From contig NW_026974141.1 in NCBI RefSeq assembly GCF_037042905.1, positions 248,001 through 312,000 of the forward strand: a stretch of 64,000 nt of DNA. Reading direction: 5' to 3'. The stretch comes from Lytechinus pictus. Taxonomy: Eukaryota. Below are positions 1-13,548 of the stretch, one piece after another. Within the stretch, counting starts at the first letter, position 1. Each line of letters begins with the position of its first letter. The translations under genes were made by a program, and so were the position numbers. Below the pieces are notes generated by a model, which saw only the letters and a list, made by a program, of their open reading frames with translations, did not search any database and was not told the DNA's origin.

Positions 1-3000
1 AAAGATTCCTAATGATCTCTCAGGTCCCAATGCGAATCTATTGTCTTTCAATCTGAACCTACTCACGAGTATTACTCATCGGCGTGATGCACAGTATGGT
101 GTCTCTACTGTGCCAAACCGCGAGTAAATGATTGATCTTGACCATGCTCATAAATAGGGCAAAAATATCAAACCCAAAGACAGGTATTCCAAAGACTATA
201 AAATACATGTCATACTTCTAGATAAATGAGACTAGATTTATTTTTGTTTCCTAATATAAAAATTGTTTTTTAAAACAAAGATTTGTGTTGAATTATTTTT
301 TAAATTCCTTTTATAAATTGTCCCAGAATTAACATTGCTGAAAAAAACATGTAATGATGAATACACCGAGTCAGATCAAAATAATGAAGTTTACTCGAGA
401 CTTGATTTATCCTTCATTCTTGAAAAAAATATACAATTTACAGCAGAGGAGAACTTAGAACTGTTGATATTCAACCCCCTAGACGTTTCGGCATGGGACA
501 TTTACGGCCTTTGCCAGCATCATTAGCTTTAATTTATCAATTCTATTATTGATTGACAATGTGATATATGACATTTAAGGCAATGATCCAACAATAAAAA
601 AAAGAATGCATTTTTCATGCAATGCATTACTTTTTTTTTTATTTGTTAAAAAAGAAATAAGGAACATAGAAGAAACATTTGAATCACAATATATTTCATT
701 TCAAATCAATTTAGAATAGTAAAACAGTAAACAACATTAGTAACTTAACCCCTTAATTTGGCTGTTTCCATCTGACGAATAGAAAATACATACTGGTTTT
801 TTAGTGATTATAGTTTTAAGTCCCTCTTTTTTTAGCATGACTTATTTCTTTATATTCTCTTCTCACAATTCCCTTTTCGCCATTTTTACCTTGTCATTTT
901 CCCCTGCTTCGTGAGTCATGTAATAATCTGTTGAACTTGTATTAAAAACATTGCCAAGATCTAGGGTTCGATATGTTACCTTGTTATCGAGGGGGGAACC
1001 TAGAGAGTCAAGGCGGGGCAGATATGACCTCCATTCGTCAAGTATTGCTCAGCAGCAAAAAAAGGGAGACCTGTCTTGGGAAAGTTTCGTTCCATTCATT
1101 ATCAAGACTCCATACACTCTAATATCCCTTTTAAACTGGCCTCTTCTTTTTTCCCCGGCGAACTTCTCCGGCACGAATTCCTCACTTCCCCGGCGAAGAA
1201 AAAATGTACCCTTTCGCACTGACATCACTTCCCGGCGAAAGTCGACGGGTGATTTGCTCGGACGGAATTAAATGCAGACCCGTGTCAATGAAAGCGCGCG
1301 CTTTTTTAATTTGAATTTTAATCGTACTCTTTCCTTATTAATTGCAGATACCTAATTGATTTTATCAGTGAAGGTTTAGAGATGACGGCTGGTAAACACT
1401 TCTCAGCTGATCAGCTCACTCGGCATGTGCATGCAGAATTAGAACGAACGAAAAGAAAATTGCAAACATTGCTTCTTACCGATTATAAAAAGGTGTAAAA
1501 ATCTAAATTACTACATCTTTTAGAAATGTTAGAAGCAAAAAAAAAAAAAAGTATTTTGATATTTTAAACGCATTTTCAGCATGTGAAAGAACGCTTTTAT
1601 AATACATATCGTTAGTGAGGGAGATTTATTTGATGACAGAATTCATCCTATTTACTGAAGATTAAAACAAGAATAAGACAATGATTTAGTTCAAATTTTT
1701 TTTTTTTAAATAAGGTGCATTATTATTTTATTGTTGCTATATTTTTATTCTTCTATTATTTGAATCTAGTGTTGTCATAATCTTTGAGTTTATCTCTAGT
1801 TTGCTAGTAATCCCCGAGTAAATTGTGTCGGTTCGTGGTTTAGTTAGCATGCCTACCAAATTATGCGCGTACTTCAACTTTATGCGCGTATCTGGACCTA
1901 CCTAAAAGCAATACTGCAAAGTGTTGCTGCCCTCTACATTCGTTGGGCATTTGTATTTATTACGTGTGATGAAAATGTTGCCCATTATAAAGTAATTGCT
2001 GCTTATTTTTTAACCTTACTGGACAGTACGCTTCCCGCATTTGGTAAAAATACTGCTCCCAAGTGGTTGGACACATACTTACCCTCGTGTTGGTTAAAAT
2101 TTGACCCAATACTTTTTTTTACAATGTACATATATTTTCGGGAAATAACGATAAATATCCTCACTTTGCAAGAAACGAATTCGGAAAATCGTCTTTCGAG
2201 AGGGTCATTCCAAAAATTTCATTAAATTTAGCGAATATGCTAAAACAAACCAGAACGTTTCTCTAAAGATCTTTTTCCAAAGCTCAGAAAAGTTGTATCT
2301 TTTTGTCTTCTAATCTGACCAAACGACCCGGCCCCATATCACAAACGTATTGGCCTCATTGACGGAAATATTGGCGTCACTTCCCAATCTTCGTTCAAGT
2401 AATGAGTCCCTGTACACTGCTTATCAGGTACCAGCATATGGCGACTTTGACCAAACATCAAGCGCTGAATCTCCTAAAGCAAGCTTATAATTTAATTTCG
2501 AAGGTCTGTTGTATGAGGATGGAAGACGCTAATGAGAATTATCAATTTGACAAGTATCGTGAAGTTTTCGAAGAAGACAACAAAGGCATACACGCACCCA
2601 CGCACACACATACACCCTCACCCAAATAAGATCAAACAAATACACGCACATACCATTCCACTTTACCTGAAGAGGGGTAGGTTGTCCTCCCTCTGACAAA
2701 AATTTAATTACCCTTTTTATTGTTGCAATATATTTCTGAGGGATAGTGCTTAGCAATAATTGGGGTTTTTTAATGAAATGTTTGGCCCTCCTGACGAGAT
2801 TCTCCATGTACACCATTGCTCCATCGAGTTCACACACACCCATCTTCACACACAGACACACACACATGCACATATACCCAAGACGTGAAGGTATAGTATA
2901 TATTTCAAAATGATATGGATTACCCTTTGCTCCTTTTTTGTGTTGTTATTTATATCAAATCTTATCTTAATTGGCATTTATCCATTTTCCAAAAGGCAAA

Positions 3001-5787
3001 TATGCATATTTTAAAGTTTATGCATTGAATTCATTTTTTATTTTGGAAATAGAAATCAAATACAGTAATATTGTAGACCTCTTAGGGAACAAAATCCTTT
3101 GAAAGAGCTGGCAGAATGGATTTGATTTGTACTTGCCACATAGCAGCAGAGAAATCCAACTTTATTCTAAATTCAATGTAGGGGGTGTATTTTGAAATCA
3201 CATGAACATGAGTTATCATGCAACATAGTCTCCAAAGAGATCTCATCAACTCCTGATTAACAATTTCCTTGTCTCTCTTTTCGAATTGTTTGTTAATTTT
3301 GGACTAGGAATATTAAGAAACATAGAGATCTTGGGAGAGAAGCAATGGAATTTCAATGAAATTATGTGTAAACTAAAAATAAATGAAGTACACAAAATCA
3401 AATGGCAAATCGAGTGGGTGTGTGTGTGTGTGTGGGCGTGTGAGTGCGTATGTGAATGAGTGTGGGTGGATAGATGCGATGGAGGGAGGGTGTGTGTGTG
3501 TGTGTGTGAGTGAGAGATAAAGAGAGAGTGGAAGAGATGGGAGGTAGAGAGATTGGAGGGTGAGATGGGGCAAACGAGTTTGAAAACCGATTCGATGGTG
3601 TATTACGATCATGGTGGGGGATAATACATGTACGTCGCGCTATAATAATCCTTCTAAAAGAGATATGAAAATATCTACAACAAGTATTCCCAGCCTAAAT
3701 TATAGGAAATTAACCTTAGTTATTTTTCAGATGAACATTTAGATTAGAATGTTCAGCCGTTAGACCCACGCAAATCTAACCGGGCTGTGACGCACAAACA
3801 CCCGTGCCTTCTCGGTTTTTGGCAGAGCAGTCTTGTAAACCCCCTCGGGGCAAATTTCATCTTCACGTGAAATATATTCATGGGTATCACGACGTCCATT
3901 TCAGAGTGGCTCAGGCGATAAGTCGGGCAACCTTTTGGATACCACATTTGGTCATTGGGTACGACTTCCCTTAGAAAAAAATGCAACATCATTTTGTGAC
4001 AGCATTTACAATAGCCAGGAGCACAATGAGTCTGCAAAACTGCATTAGACGAATGTGCATGTGCTAAAGCGCGGATGACTTGTAAAAGGTGTTTTAAATG
4101 ATGTTATTTTTTTTTCAATTTTACATGATCATTATTTTTTGTTCTCACCTCGACCAAAATGATAATAACTGCGTTTTCCTTTTGGTATAAAACCAGTTTT
4201 AACTAAGTTTGCTATGTTTGTATACATGCTTGATTGATTGGTAACAACACAAATAATTCATGACATATGCATCCACTTTGTGACTGATCCCTTCGGCAAA
4301 CATTCACATTTTAAATAACTTAGAATCCATACTTCAGCTAAGTTAGCTGCAGCCTCAATTGCTGATCATTAAGCATGCCTAAGGGTAAATTGGGCCTATC
4401 CTTCCTAACTTTAGGCCTATCCCATCCTAGTATTCGGTTGATTTGAATAAAAAAAAATCAAATTAACCGTAAAATCGCCGATCAACCCAACCCCCTCGAC
4501 ATTTTCCGCGACCATTCCGCTGTGCGGTACTCGCGGATTTTTTTTTTACTTCGACATCTTACGTATCTATTGAGACCAAATTATAGATGTCCAAGTATAA
4601 GAATGAAAAATTACGCAACATTACGTAAATGCATGGCAGACCCCAAAATTGCCACAAAACGTGATTTTTTATATGATTATATATATATGATTATTCTTAC
4701 TATAATCATCTGAATTTATTGAATTATGCATAATTTTGCTTCTAAAATTTTCTGCTATAAATTTGGTGAACTATAAAGAAAAACAAAAGGTCGAAAAACA
4801 AAGAAATACGTAAGAAGTTTAAAAAAAATTAAATACTTAACAAATTCATTTTCAAACAAGATGTTTTTTTCATTCGTAATTGTTAGCAATGCTATAAAGA
4901 ATATCAATACAGAAAATAAGCATTATAGAAGCTTTGTTTTTAGTGAATTAGAGAAAAAGGTATGATTTACGCATGAATTATCATCGTTGATTCACTAATA
5001 CTAAAAAATGTTATTTTGGAGAAATAACCATATAGCCTTGTAAAATACCTCCCACACTTTCATCATGCCAATTTTCACGGCAGCCGAGACCTCTTCTTCT
5101 TCTTCTTGCTTCTTGTTCTTCTTATTATTGTTAGTATTTTTTTTTGGCTACTGTTATTGCTATCATCACAATCATTATCAAACTACTATTCTTATTGATT
5201 AAAACATAACATTTAACTTTGCAGGATGTATCAAACATCTTGTCAGAATCCCAAATTACTGATACGTAATACTGATTAGGTGGGAAGGAGTCTGTCATAA
5301 ATTCTGCCACGTTTCATAGGAGGGACTAAACAGTCAGCTATCGAATATGATAACGATAATTTCGTTCGTAAACCTGAGAATCGATATCCTTCAAGTCTAA
5401 ACGATCACAGATATGGATGGAACGATCTATCGTAACATAGTTAGTGTGTGGAAGCAAGTATCATGCTGTGTAGTAAGAATATGAGTGTGTATGTAAGAAT
5501 TTAAGCAAGGAAGTAAATAAATGAGTAAACAATCAGTTAAATTGGTAGGAATGTTATTAATCAATGAAGTAGATGAAGTATGTACATTTAAGTAGGCCTA
5601 ATTACATATAAGCCTAAGGAAGGGTGTGAGCCCGAGTTTGGGTTTAACTGACATATCAAACAAATTAGAAGATTGGTTGATATATTCAAAAGTTATTAGT
5701 GATCGTGTATTTGATTTGGAGAGGAAAGTTAAAAATCATCGTGACATCATCATGACGTCATTAGTGTTATCATCCTCATCCCGACAT

Positions 5788-5895
5788 GCTGGCTCAGTGG
5801 TAGAGTGTCTGTTTCATGAACGGGAGGTCGTGAGTTTGAGTCCTTGGCCGAGTCGTTTTAAAGACTTTAAAAATAGGATCTTCTGTCTTTCTTTT
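5788..5895 (+). mobile_element. tRNA-derived SINE fragment (5' part)
   Basis: A-box TGGCTCAGTGG and B-box-like GAGTTTGAGTCC, then AAAGACTTTAAAAATAGGATCTTCTG, which is shared with the minus-strand copy at 28020-28125. Confidence 0.65.
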
Positions 5896-5904
5896 GGGGT
5901 AAAT

Positions 5905-6350
5905 ATGTATTATTATTATTATAATGATTATCATTATTATTATCATTATCATTATTATTCTTATTATCATTATTATTATTATTGTATATATTATTATTAT
6001 TATTACCATTCACTACTATATGGGTGTTATTATTGGAATGCGCATAAGAATAATTGGCATCATTATTTTCACCANNNNNNNNNNNNNNNNNNNNNNNNNN
6101 NNNNNNNNNNNNNNNNNNNNNNNNNNNNNNNNNNNNNNNNNNNNNNNNNNNNNNNNNNNNNNNNNNNNNNNNNNNNNNNNNNNNNNNNNNNNNNNNNNNN
6201 NNNNNNNNNNNNNNNNNNNNNNNNNNNNNNNNNNNNNNNNNNNGTACTTGTATTTGATAATCCTTTTCATATGAATCATTCTTACTCATTACCATGAACA
6301 CCATCACCACCATCATCATTATCATTGTTATCATCATAATAAGCATCACA
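5905..6350. repeat. (TAT/CAT)n simple repeat around N run 6075-6243
   Basis: Trinucleotide runs on both sides of a 169-N stretch. Confidence 0.9.
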
Positions 6351-6524
6351 GTCTACCCCAAGACATTTTGATAGGGGGAGGGTAAGGCAATATAAGAATT
6401 TTCCCCTTCCCCTTCATTGATGATCATAGTTGTTAATCCCAGGGCTGCGACTATCTTGACCATCAATTGTTGATCATCTTCAACATCATCATCATCATCA
6501 TTACCATTGTGATTTAATAATGTA

Positions 6525-7130
6525 CGTCACTCACTCAATTAGACAAACAATTCATCAATCAACCAGACAATCAATCATTTTATCATTCAACCAATCAACA
6601 AAACATATAACCGAACGATCATTCAATTAATCAATCAATCAATCAATCAATCAATTATTCACCCACTCATTCACTCGCTCACTTAATCAATCAATCAATT
6701 AATCAATCAATCAACCAACCAAACATTAAAACAATACATCAATCATTCACTCACTCACACAATCAGTCACCCACTCCCTTTTTCTCTCATTCATTCACTC
6801 ACTCACTCAATCAATCAATCAGCCAAACATGAAAACAATGCATCAAGCATTCACTCACTCACTCTCTTCTTCTCTCATTCACTCAATCATCCACTCACTC
6901 ACTCAATCAATCAATCAATCAATCAAACAATCAATCAATCATTCAATCAATCAATCAACCAACCAACCAAACAAACATGAAAACAATACTTCAAGCATTC
7001 ACTCACTCACATAATCAGTCACCCACTCTCTTCCTCTCTCACCCCTCATCCACCCACCCACTCACTCAATCAATCAATCAAGCAATCACTTTATTAATCA
7101 ATCAATAACTCAAACAGTTGATCAACCAAT
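6525..7130. repeat. (TCAA)n/(TCAC)n compound microsatellite
   Basis: Long TCAA and TCAC runs, with a recurring higher-order block (AAACATGAAAACAAT...TCAAGCATTCACTCACTCAC). Confidence 0.9.
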
Positions 7131-7699
7131 TGAATGCATATTATCAAATATATAAACAATACGTTACTACCAACTCAGTCCTCAATAGGCAACAAATTGG
7201 AAAACTCATTCAATTATGTACAATGAAATAAATTCGTTTAATGTAATTTTACACTTGCTGCAAAATATTATATTGTACATCTTTTTAGTTCAAATGTAAC
7301 ATAGATACATCAACATCACAAAACTACACTCTGTCATTGCGTCAATTTAACTGGCTATAGTTGAAATGAAAACTAAAATAAGAAATGAAATCATTGTAAA
7401 AGTATTGCTTGTTTAAAAACTGAACAAATATTTCTTTTCTTACTGAGAATTGCACAAACTATCATCTGCAATTGAATTAAATATCAGTGGATAGCAAATT
7501 CTGAGAATAATGATCTGAGAATTGCTGGCAAGGCTAGGTAGGTGAAAATTCCTTTGTTAATAAGTTCTCACAGTTTTATTTCCTCCCTGTTTTTCTGAAT
7601 GTCCTTGGGTCAAAGTTAACACGTCCGCCATTTTGAATTCTTAGGTGACGAGAATCAGGGCACATTATTAAAAAAAAAGATAAAGAGTTTGTCAGAGTC

Positions 7700-8806
7700 T
7701 TATGCGCCTCCAACGTTGTCCCTCATGAGTAGACCGCTTTCGAGCTGAATGTATCCGTTGCGAACCTGAGCTGGTGTTTCTACAAGCATACCCATTCCAG
7801 GATTCGAAGGTACTGCACCGGTAAGTGGTGGACTGACTGGCATAGAACACATGGAATACATAGGCTCGTCGCATCGTCGGACAAACCACGCACCCATTCC
7901 GTTCATGGCTGCACAGTATGAGTGCTGTTGATCCAGGAGTTGATTGTTAGGTTCCCCTCGTGCCCAGTTAACGAACGGTAGAGGCTGTTGTGTTGTGCTC
8001 CAACCGGAAGGCCACTTCCACCCTTCATACCTCTCAAGAAGCTGGTTCCATTTATTGTGAAGACCTGTCCAGAACGGGATGTCAATGCGCATATTTGTGG
8101 TTGAAAGGCTCTTAAGGTGGTTGATGACTGCGTTTGATGTTTGGATATCGGGAATTGTCATTACACCAGCGAGAATAGGGGTTCCACAAGGGGCATTCTG
8201 CTCACACATCAACTCGGCATCATTCCATTTCAGCGCTCTCGGCATCATCTTAAAACATTGCTGTCCAATGAGGAACCAGCCTCCTTTACATTGTGAGCCA
8301 ATAGCTTGTCCTTGCCCTGGGCCCATACCTGGCCCCATTCCTGGGCCCATTCCTGGTCCCATTCCTGGACCCTGTCCTGGCTGTCCTGGCCTCATTCCTG
8401 GCCCTTGTCCTGGCTGCCCTGGCCTCATTCCTGGCCCTTGTCCTGGCTGTCCTGGCCTCATTCCTGGCCCTTGTCCTGGCTGTCCTGGCCTCATTCCTGG
8501 CCCTTGTCCTGGCTGTCCTGGCCTCATTCCTGGCCCTTGTCCTGGCTGTCCTGGTCTCATTCCCGGTCCCTGTCCTGGCTGTCCTGGCCTCATTCCTGGA
8601 CCTTGACCTGGTTGATTTGGTTGATTTGGTCTCATTCCTGGCCCCTGCCCTGGTTGGTTTGGCTGATTAGGTCTCATTCCTGGTCCCTGTCCTGGTTGAT
8701 TTGGTCTCATTCCTGGGCCCTGCCCAGGCTGCCTTGCTCCGGGGCCTTGTTGCTGCTGGGCGATACATATCGCCGGCAGGACAAGTAATAATGCCAACAA
8801 CTTCAT
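7700..8806 (-). CDS. PM27: PM27-type primary mesenchyme spicule matrix protein (signal peptide + Gly/Pro/Gln/Met repeats + C-type lectin domain), 368 aa
   Basis: The start is GCCATG at 8806; the track's 8842 start is a TTG. MKLLALLLVLPAICIA is a signal peptide. The repeats are followed by a CTLD (CKGGWFLIGQQCFK...WNDAELMC...FWTGL...WARGEPNN...C...C), which matches sea urchin PM27 as I recall it. AATAAA lies ~120 nt past the stop (plus-strand TTTATT 7575-7580). Confidence 0.93.
   Translation of the reverse strand: MKLLALLLVLPAICIAQQQQGPGARQPGQGPGMRPNQPGQGPGMRPNQPNQPGQGPGMRPNQPNQPGQGPGMRPGQPGQGPGMRPGQPGQGPGMRPGQPGQGPGMRPGQPGQGPGMRPGQPGQGPGMRPGQPGQGPGMRPGQPGQGPGMGPGMGPGMGPGMGPGQGQAIGSQCKGGWFLIGQQCFKMMPRALKWNDAELMCEQNAPCGTPILAGVMTIPDIQTSNAVINHLKSLSTTNMRIDIPFWTGLHNKWNQLLERYEGWKWPSGWSTTQQPLPFVNWARGEPNNQLLDQQHSYCAAMNGMGAWFVRRCDEPMYSMCSMPVSPPLTGAVPSNPGMGMLVETPAQVRNGYIQLESGLLMRDNVGGA
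8318..8730 (-). repeat. Coding tandem repeats in PM27
   Basis: Seven 33-bp units (GPGMRPGQPGQ), three PNQ-containing variants and four 12-bp GPGM units. Confidence 0.95.
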
Positions 8807-11800
8807 GGCTAAAAGGTGCGCTGTCGTCTTCCTCTCAGGCAAATATCAGAATATATTGCCCTGCCCAATGTTCAAACCAAGTGAGAGTGAAATTACAGAA
8901 TGTCCTACTGTAGTGAGCAACCCAGCGTCGAATGCATATTGGCTTGCGTTGAAGGGGTCGGGGGGATGTTTGCACACGGTCCGCAAGCATAGCAGGCCGC
9001 GCCCCTTTTTCAAATGGGGGTGGAGCCCATGTGAATGAAGGAAATGCGCAAAGCATGGGTAATTTGGAACTGAAGTACGCACAAGGAAATCCCGAAAGGG
9101 GGGCAAGTTAGCTTCAAGAGTTAATACGGCGTCAAGTATGTACATCCACATGATAACTATTTTCATCAAGACCTGTTTTATGTTAATCCCTCATTTGCTA
9201 TTCACCCCCCCCCCCTTCATCTTAAAAACAATATCCAAGGTATATTTGTAACATTTCATAAAAAACTAAGATTCTCATATAGTACAAGATGGTATGACAA
9301 TGTATTTTCAGCCCCTTCACAATCAAGGGTCATATTTAGGACATCATTGTTTAACCTCTTCTCAACAATAATCATTTCGACACCATTCCTTGATATAGTG
9401 AAATTTATCCCATTGTTCATGCCGTAAAAAAAAAATACTCGTGAATGAAACTCAATGTTTAATCATTTGTTGCTCGATATTATTGGTATGTACAACAAAT
9501 TCGTCAAATTATATTAAAGGGAGATAGGGAGGGGGTGATTTTCAAAGGTTTTGATGTTACTCCCTGATTGGAAATATTTGCCAAACCTGTTAATGTAAAA
9601 ACAAATACTGTTACATTCTCGTCTTTACGAAAATTGTTAACGGCCAAAAACAAAACTAAGCAAAATTTTTTTTTTCTCAGTGTCTAAAACCCCACCTTTA
9701 ATGATCTATTCTCAAATGTTGCGACAAAAACTAAAACGTGTGGAAAGTGCAATGTGATGGTGTATATCATCATATTTGAAATCTAGTTTTAGGCAACTTT
9801 CTCGACATGCCAAACTTTCAGTTATTAGATCTTAAAGTCATCAGTAACTACACGAGCATTGTTCTGAATCGGTCGTTGACAGAGTATCTGTTTAATATAG
9901 ATATTATCATTGAAAAGTAACTCATTATAAGCTCATCTATCCTTCCACGAAGAGACCCTGCTTCATAAAATGCACTGTTATGGTGTTTAATATTCAAAGG
10001 TAACTCCCTCGAAATCCTTTAGTTTGGATGATCATTGTTACCATGGTAGTAAAAATTTGAGTAGCAACAAGATTAACTGTATAGTGTTTATGCAGAGGAG
10101 CCCGATTCGATAGGCCTAGATTACAGCATACAATAGCATTAGTACTGTTGGGATGAAAATTGAAATGAGTATTAATTGTTTTCGTACGTATGATTATGAA
10201 GAAAAGCTCAGACATTCATTCCCGAACTGTCCAATACTTCTGATATGTAAAAGTAAGAACATATGGATGGAATTTCAGACTAAATGACTCACACCCCTAA
10301 ACAATAATGTACAGTATTTGAATACTGGAAATTAAACGTGTGAGATGTCAATTTAATCTTTTTATTTATAAATTTGACATAGACATGCATGCATTGGATG
10401 ATACTGTACAACACATCTGCAGTTTATTTAAAGACAAAAAACACGATAATATCCTCTTGTTTGTATCATACTTACATGTTTGGGTAAGTATATTATACTT
10501 ACAAATGAACAAATACATTAATAGAATGCAGATGATTATTGCAGGAGTGGATATTGCGGATCAGCTATAGTCCATTTGCCTATATGCTTATCCCTTTATT
10601 TGAAACAATCAAGGACTGAGCAATGGATCAATAGAAAGAAAAAGCAACTCTAAACTTCACATAAGATAAAAATATCTAGGCGGGCGATTTGATTATGTTT
10701 AAGTGTTACTGTAAAAAACAGTTAACCATTTGCATTTCAATTTTAAACAGGAGAAGGCCGGCAATTCTATAAATTCATGTATAGCCAAGAATGCATATTG
10801 ATATTTCTTAAAAACTAATTATTGATAAGAGGGATATTCCAATTACAGGATTTACGAAAAACACTTAGCCTACCTCACATTTATCAATTCTGTTTGCCGC
10901 AAGATTCTAACAAAAGAGGCGAACACTCGTTATCAATTTCTACAATTATTGTTCTCTAGAATTCTAGATTAAGTAGATTTCCCAAGGAAAAGTGTACCCG
11001 ATATTTAGTAAGCGGGAAAGAAAAACATGTATGACTGTAGGGTATGATAACGCAAAAAAGGTCTACATTTGACACCAGCCTGTGAGCCAAATTACCTATG
11101 GAACAAACTTTTTACCCAATATTTTACTGAATAACCATGCATGTCCTTTATTTATTTACATTTATTTCATTTATTTGATAGACTTAACTGATTTTTTGAC
11201 AGTCCATTAATACAGCCATACAGGTAAGGAACTCTCTTCTTGGTAATGCAATGAAGATGAACATGTTTCATGGATAACTAATGAGTAATACGTTGTTGTT
11301 CTAAACAAGTAATTGACTTAATTTAGGGGAAGGAAGTTTTAAATCAGACAGGTAGCTATAGAATACTGCGTGACCCCATTAAAGGGAGGGAACGATGGGA
11401 TCCCTTACTTTGATGAACACTTTTCATTTTTATATTTGATATTTAAGAAGAAACCTTCAAAGACCATTAATTGTTCGGGTTTGTGGTACTTGCCTAATGT
11501 TGGCCTGGTTTTCACATGTTTATATTTTGTTACTCCAAACTATTATAAAACTGAAGTACAACATTAATACGGGATTCGGTATAATATCTCAAAACGACGA
11601 ATCTTAGAAGAACCATTAACGTGGTCAGTAATGTGTATGGCATTTATAGTATCATTCAAGTTTTTGTATTAAGGGTAAAACAGGCCTCAGTTGTTGCATT
11701 ATCGGTTAAATTTTCGATTATTCTTATTTTCCTTTTCCGAATCGATTTAAACTAGAACGCCTTTTAAATATTTTAAACTGCATTGGATATTTTTATTACA

Positions 11801-13548
11801 GACATGGACCCCCATATACAGAGGCCGCAGAACGGTTTTGAAAGTGGAAGGGGATGGGATTTGATTGACCATTCAAATATTACAATCAGATGGTATTGTC
11901 TACATTTTCGTCCTATACATGGGTCAAGCGATCTTAATAGTTTACATTTATTTAAAGAAACAGACGTGAAATGAGAAGGAATGCGAATTACGACATGAAA
12001 TAAAGGGGAAATGCAATGCCTTAACTTTAGCAGAGTCACAGAAGTTTCTTCGGGGGCAATAAGGGAGACTCCCTCTAATGACTAAATTGATATCCCGCGA
12101 ATGTCTAATGTATTACGATCTGTATTGCATTCTCCTTACGAAAAGGTATTAACAGTTCCAGGAAAAATATCATTAACACCATTGCTCTATGATGGGGGGG
12201 GGGGGGCATGACAGGTGTATTGTTGGTGTCGTTATCGGATATATGTCAATTTGATAACGAGAATGAATTTCATATGTGTAATAACTTTCATAAAGATACA
12301 AGCGCCGAATCTTATGATTCATTATTATCACCATGATCATAACCACCACATTCATCATTCATCAAAATATTTTTTTTTGTTTATACGATAGCTTTAGTCG
12401 ATTAGCTGGCCCTTTGTATTGTTTTATGATTTCTTCTCATTTGTTTGAAAATTGTAAAATCTGTATTTGTGTTGGAGGGACTCGAAGGACATGATTATAC
12501 CAGTTACCTATGTGGTTACCATATGAAAAAAAGACTTATAGATGAATAAATGAATAAACATAAATAAATGAATGAATAAATTAATAGATAAATGATTGAC
12601 AGAATAATTTAATAAATATATACATAAGTAAAATGAACAAATAGAAATAAGAGTTGAAATCAGACCCTGTATTATATCATATCAACCTGTCAGAGGGTTC
12701 TGAAGTGTATGGTAACAACGATGGTGTATGCGTATAGATCGGAAAGGTGTGTGTGTGTGGGTGTGGGTGTGCTTAAGAAGGGGTAGGGTGGGTGATTGTG
12801 CGTGTACCGTGAGATTTGAATGTGAACAAAAAGGATGTTGGTGTAACTGTTGATTGATTTTGTACTCTTTCTTTTCTATTTCCCTTTCTCTTGGGTCAAT
12901 CTAATTTGCAGATTTCTTTTTTTTTTCTGTACCAAATGCCAAAATCAAATGTTCATGAACATATTTGTATATATGTTTGTTTATGTATGTGTTGTGTGTG
13001 TGTGTGTGTGTTGGCTGTGTCAGTGTACGCGCTTTTTTGTGGAAGCTAAATTTAAAATGGATTAGGACAATGATTCCTTTTTTTTTTTCTTCAAATAATT
13101 CAATATTAATTACATGAATTATCAGGTTACATAGAGGGTCGGGCTGAGCTCATTTTTTTAAGTATAAACATATATTGTTCTAAGGTATTTAATTCCATCA
13201 TTATTTTTTCTTTTTTGGGGGGTAATTTTTTTTTTGTATTTTCTTATTAATGTAAAAATGAAGATTTGTCAATTGTTTTTGTTGTATTTATCTTGAATTT
13301 ATTTGAATGAAATCCTTAATAAAAACAGGCTTTAAAAAGGGGTTATGGAATTAAAGATGTATTGCGCCACCTGCTGACAGGTATATGTCAGTCATAACAG
13401 TTTAACAGCTGCTTGATCTATATATAATAAGAAGAAAATTCCCTTGGGCTGGGTTATTGATAAGAACATATGCATCATGGGTAAGCATTTTTTCCATACT
13501 AGACATGCTAGAGGGGGTAAATCTTACAGTTGACTCAATTGGAATTAA

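Noticed and set aside
1148-1243. Three TTCCC(C)GGCGAA motifs and ORF 951-1271
   Set aside because: Too short to assign a function and probably part of an unidentified repeat. The ORF starts at TTG and has no recognisable motif.
5626-6349. Tyr-, Ile- and Asn-rich ORFs spanning Ns (also 16926-17219 and 47624-47926)
   Set aside because: Artefacts of trinucleotide repeats and N runs.
8079-8788. Plus-strand Cys-rich (GPCPGCPGLIP)n and Trp-rich ORFs
   Set aside because: Antisense shadows of the PM27 coding repeat.
8807-8842. N-terminal extension MPERKTTAHLLA of PM27
   Set aside because: It starts at TTG. The ATG at 8806 has good context and directly begins the signal peptide.
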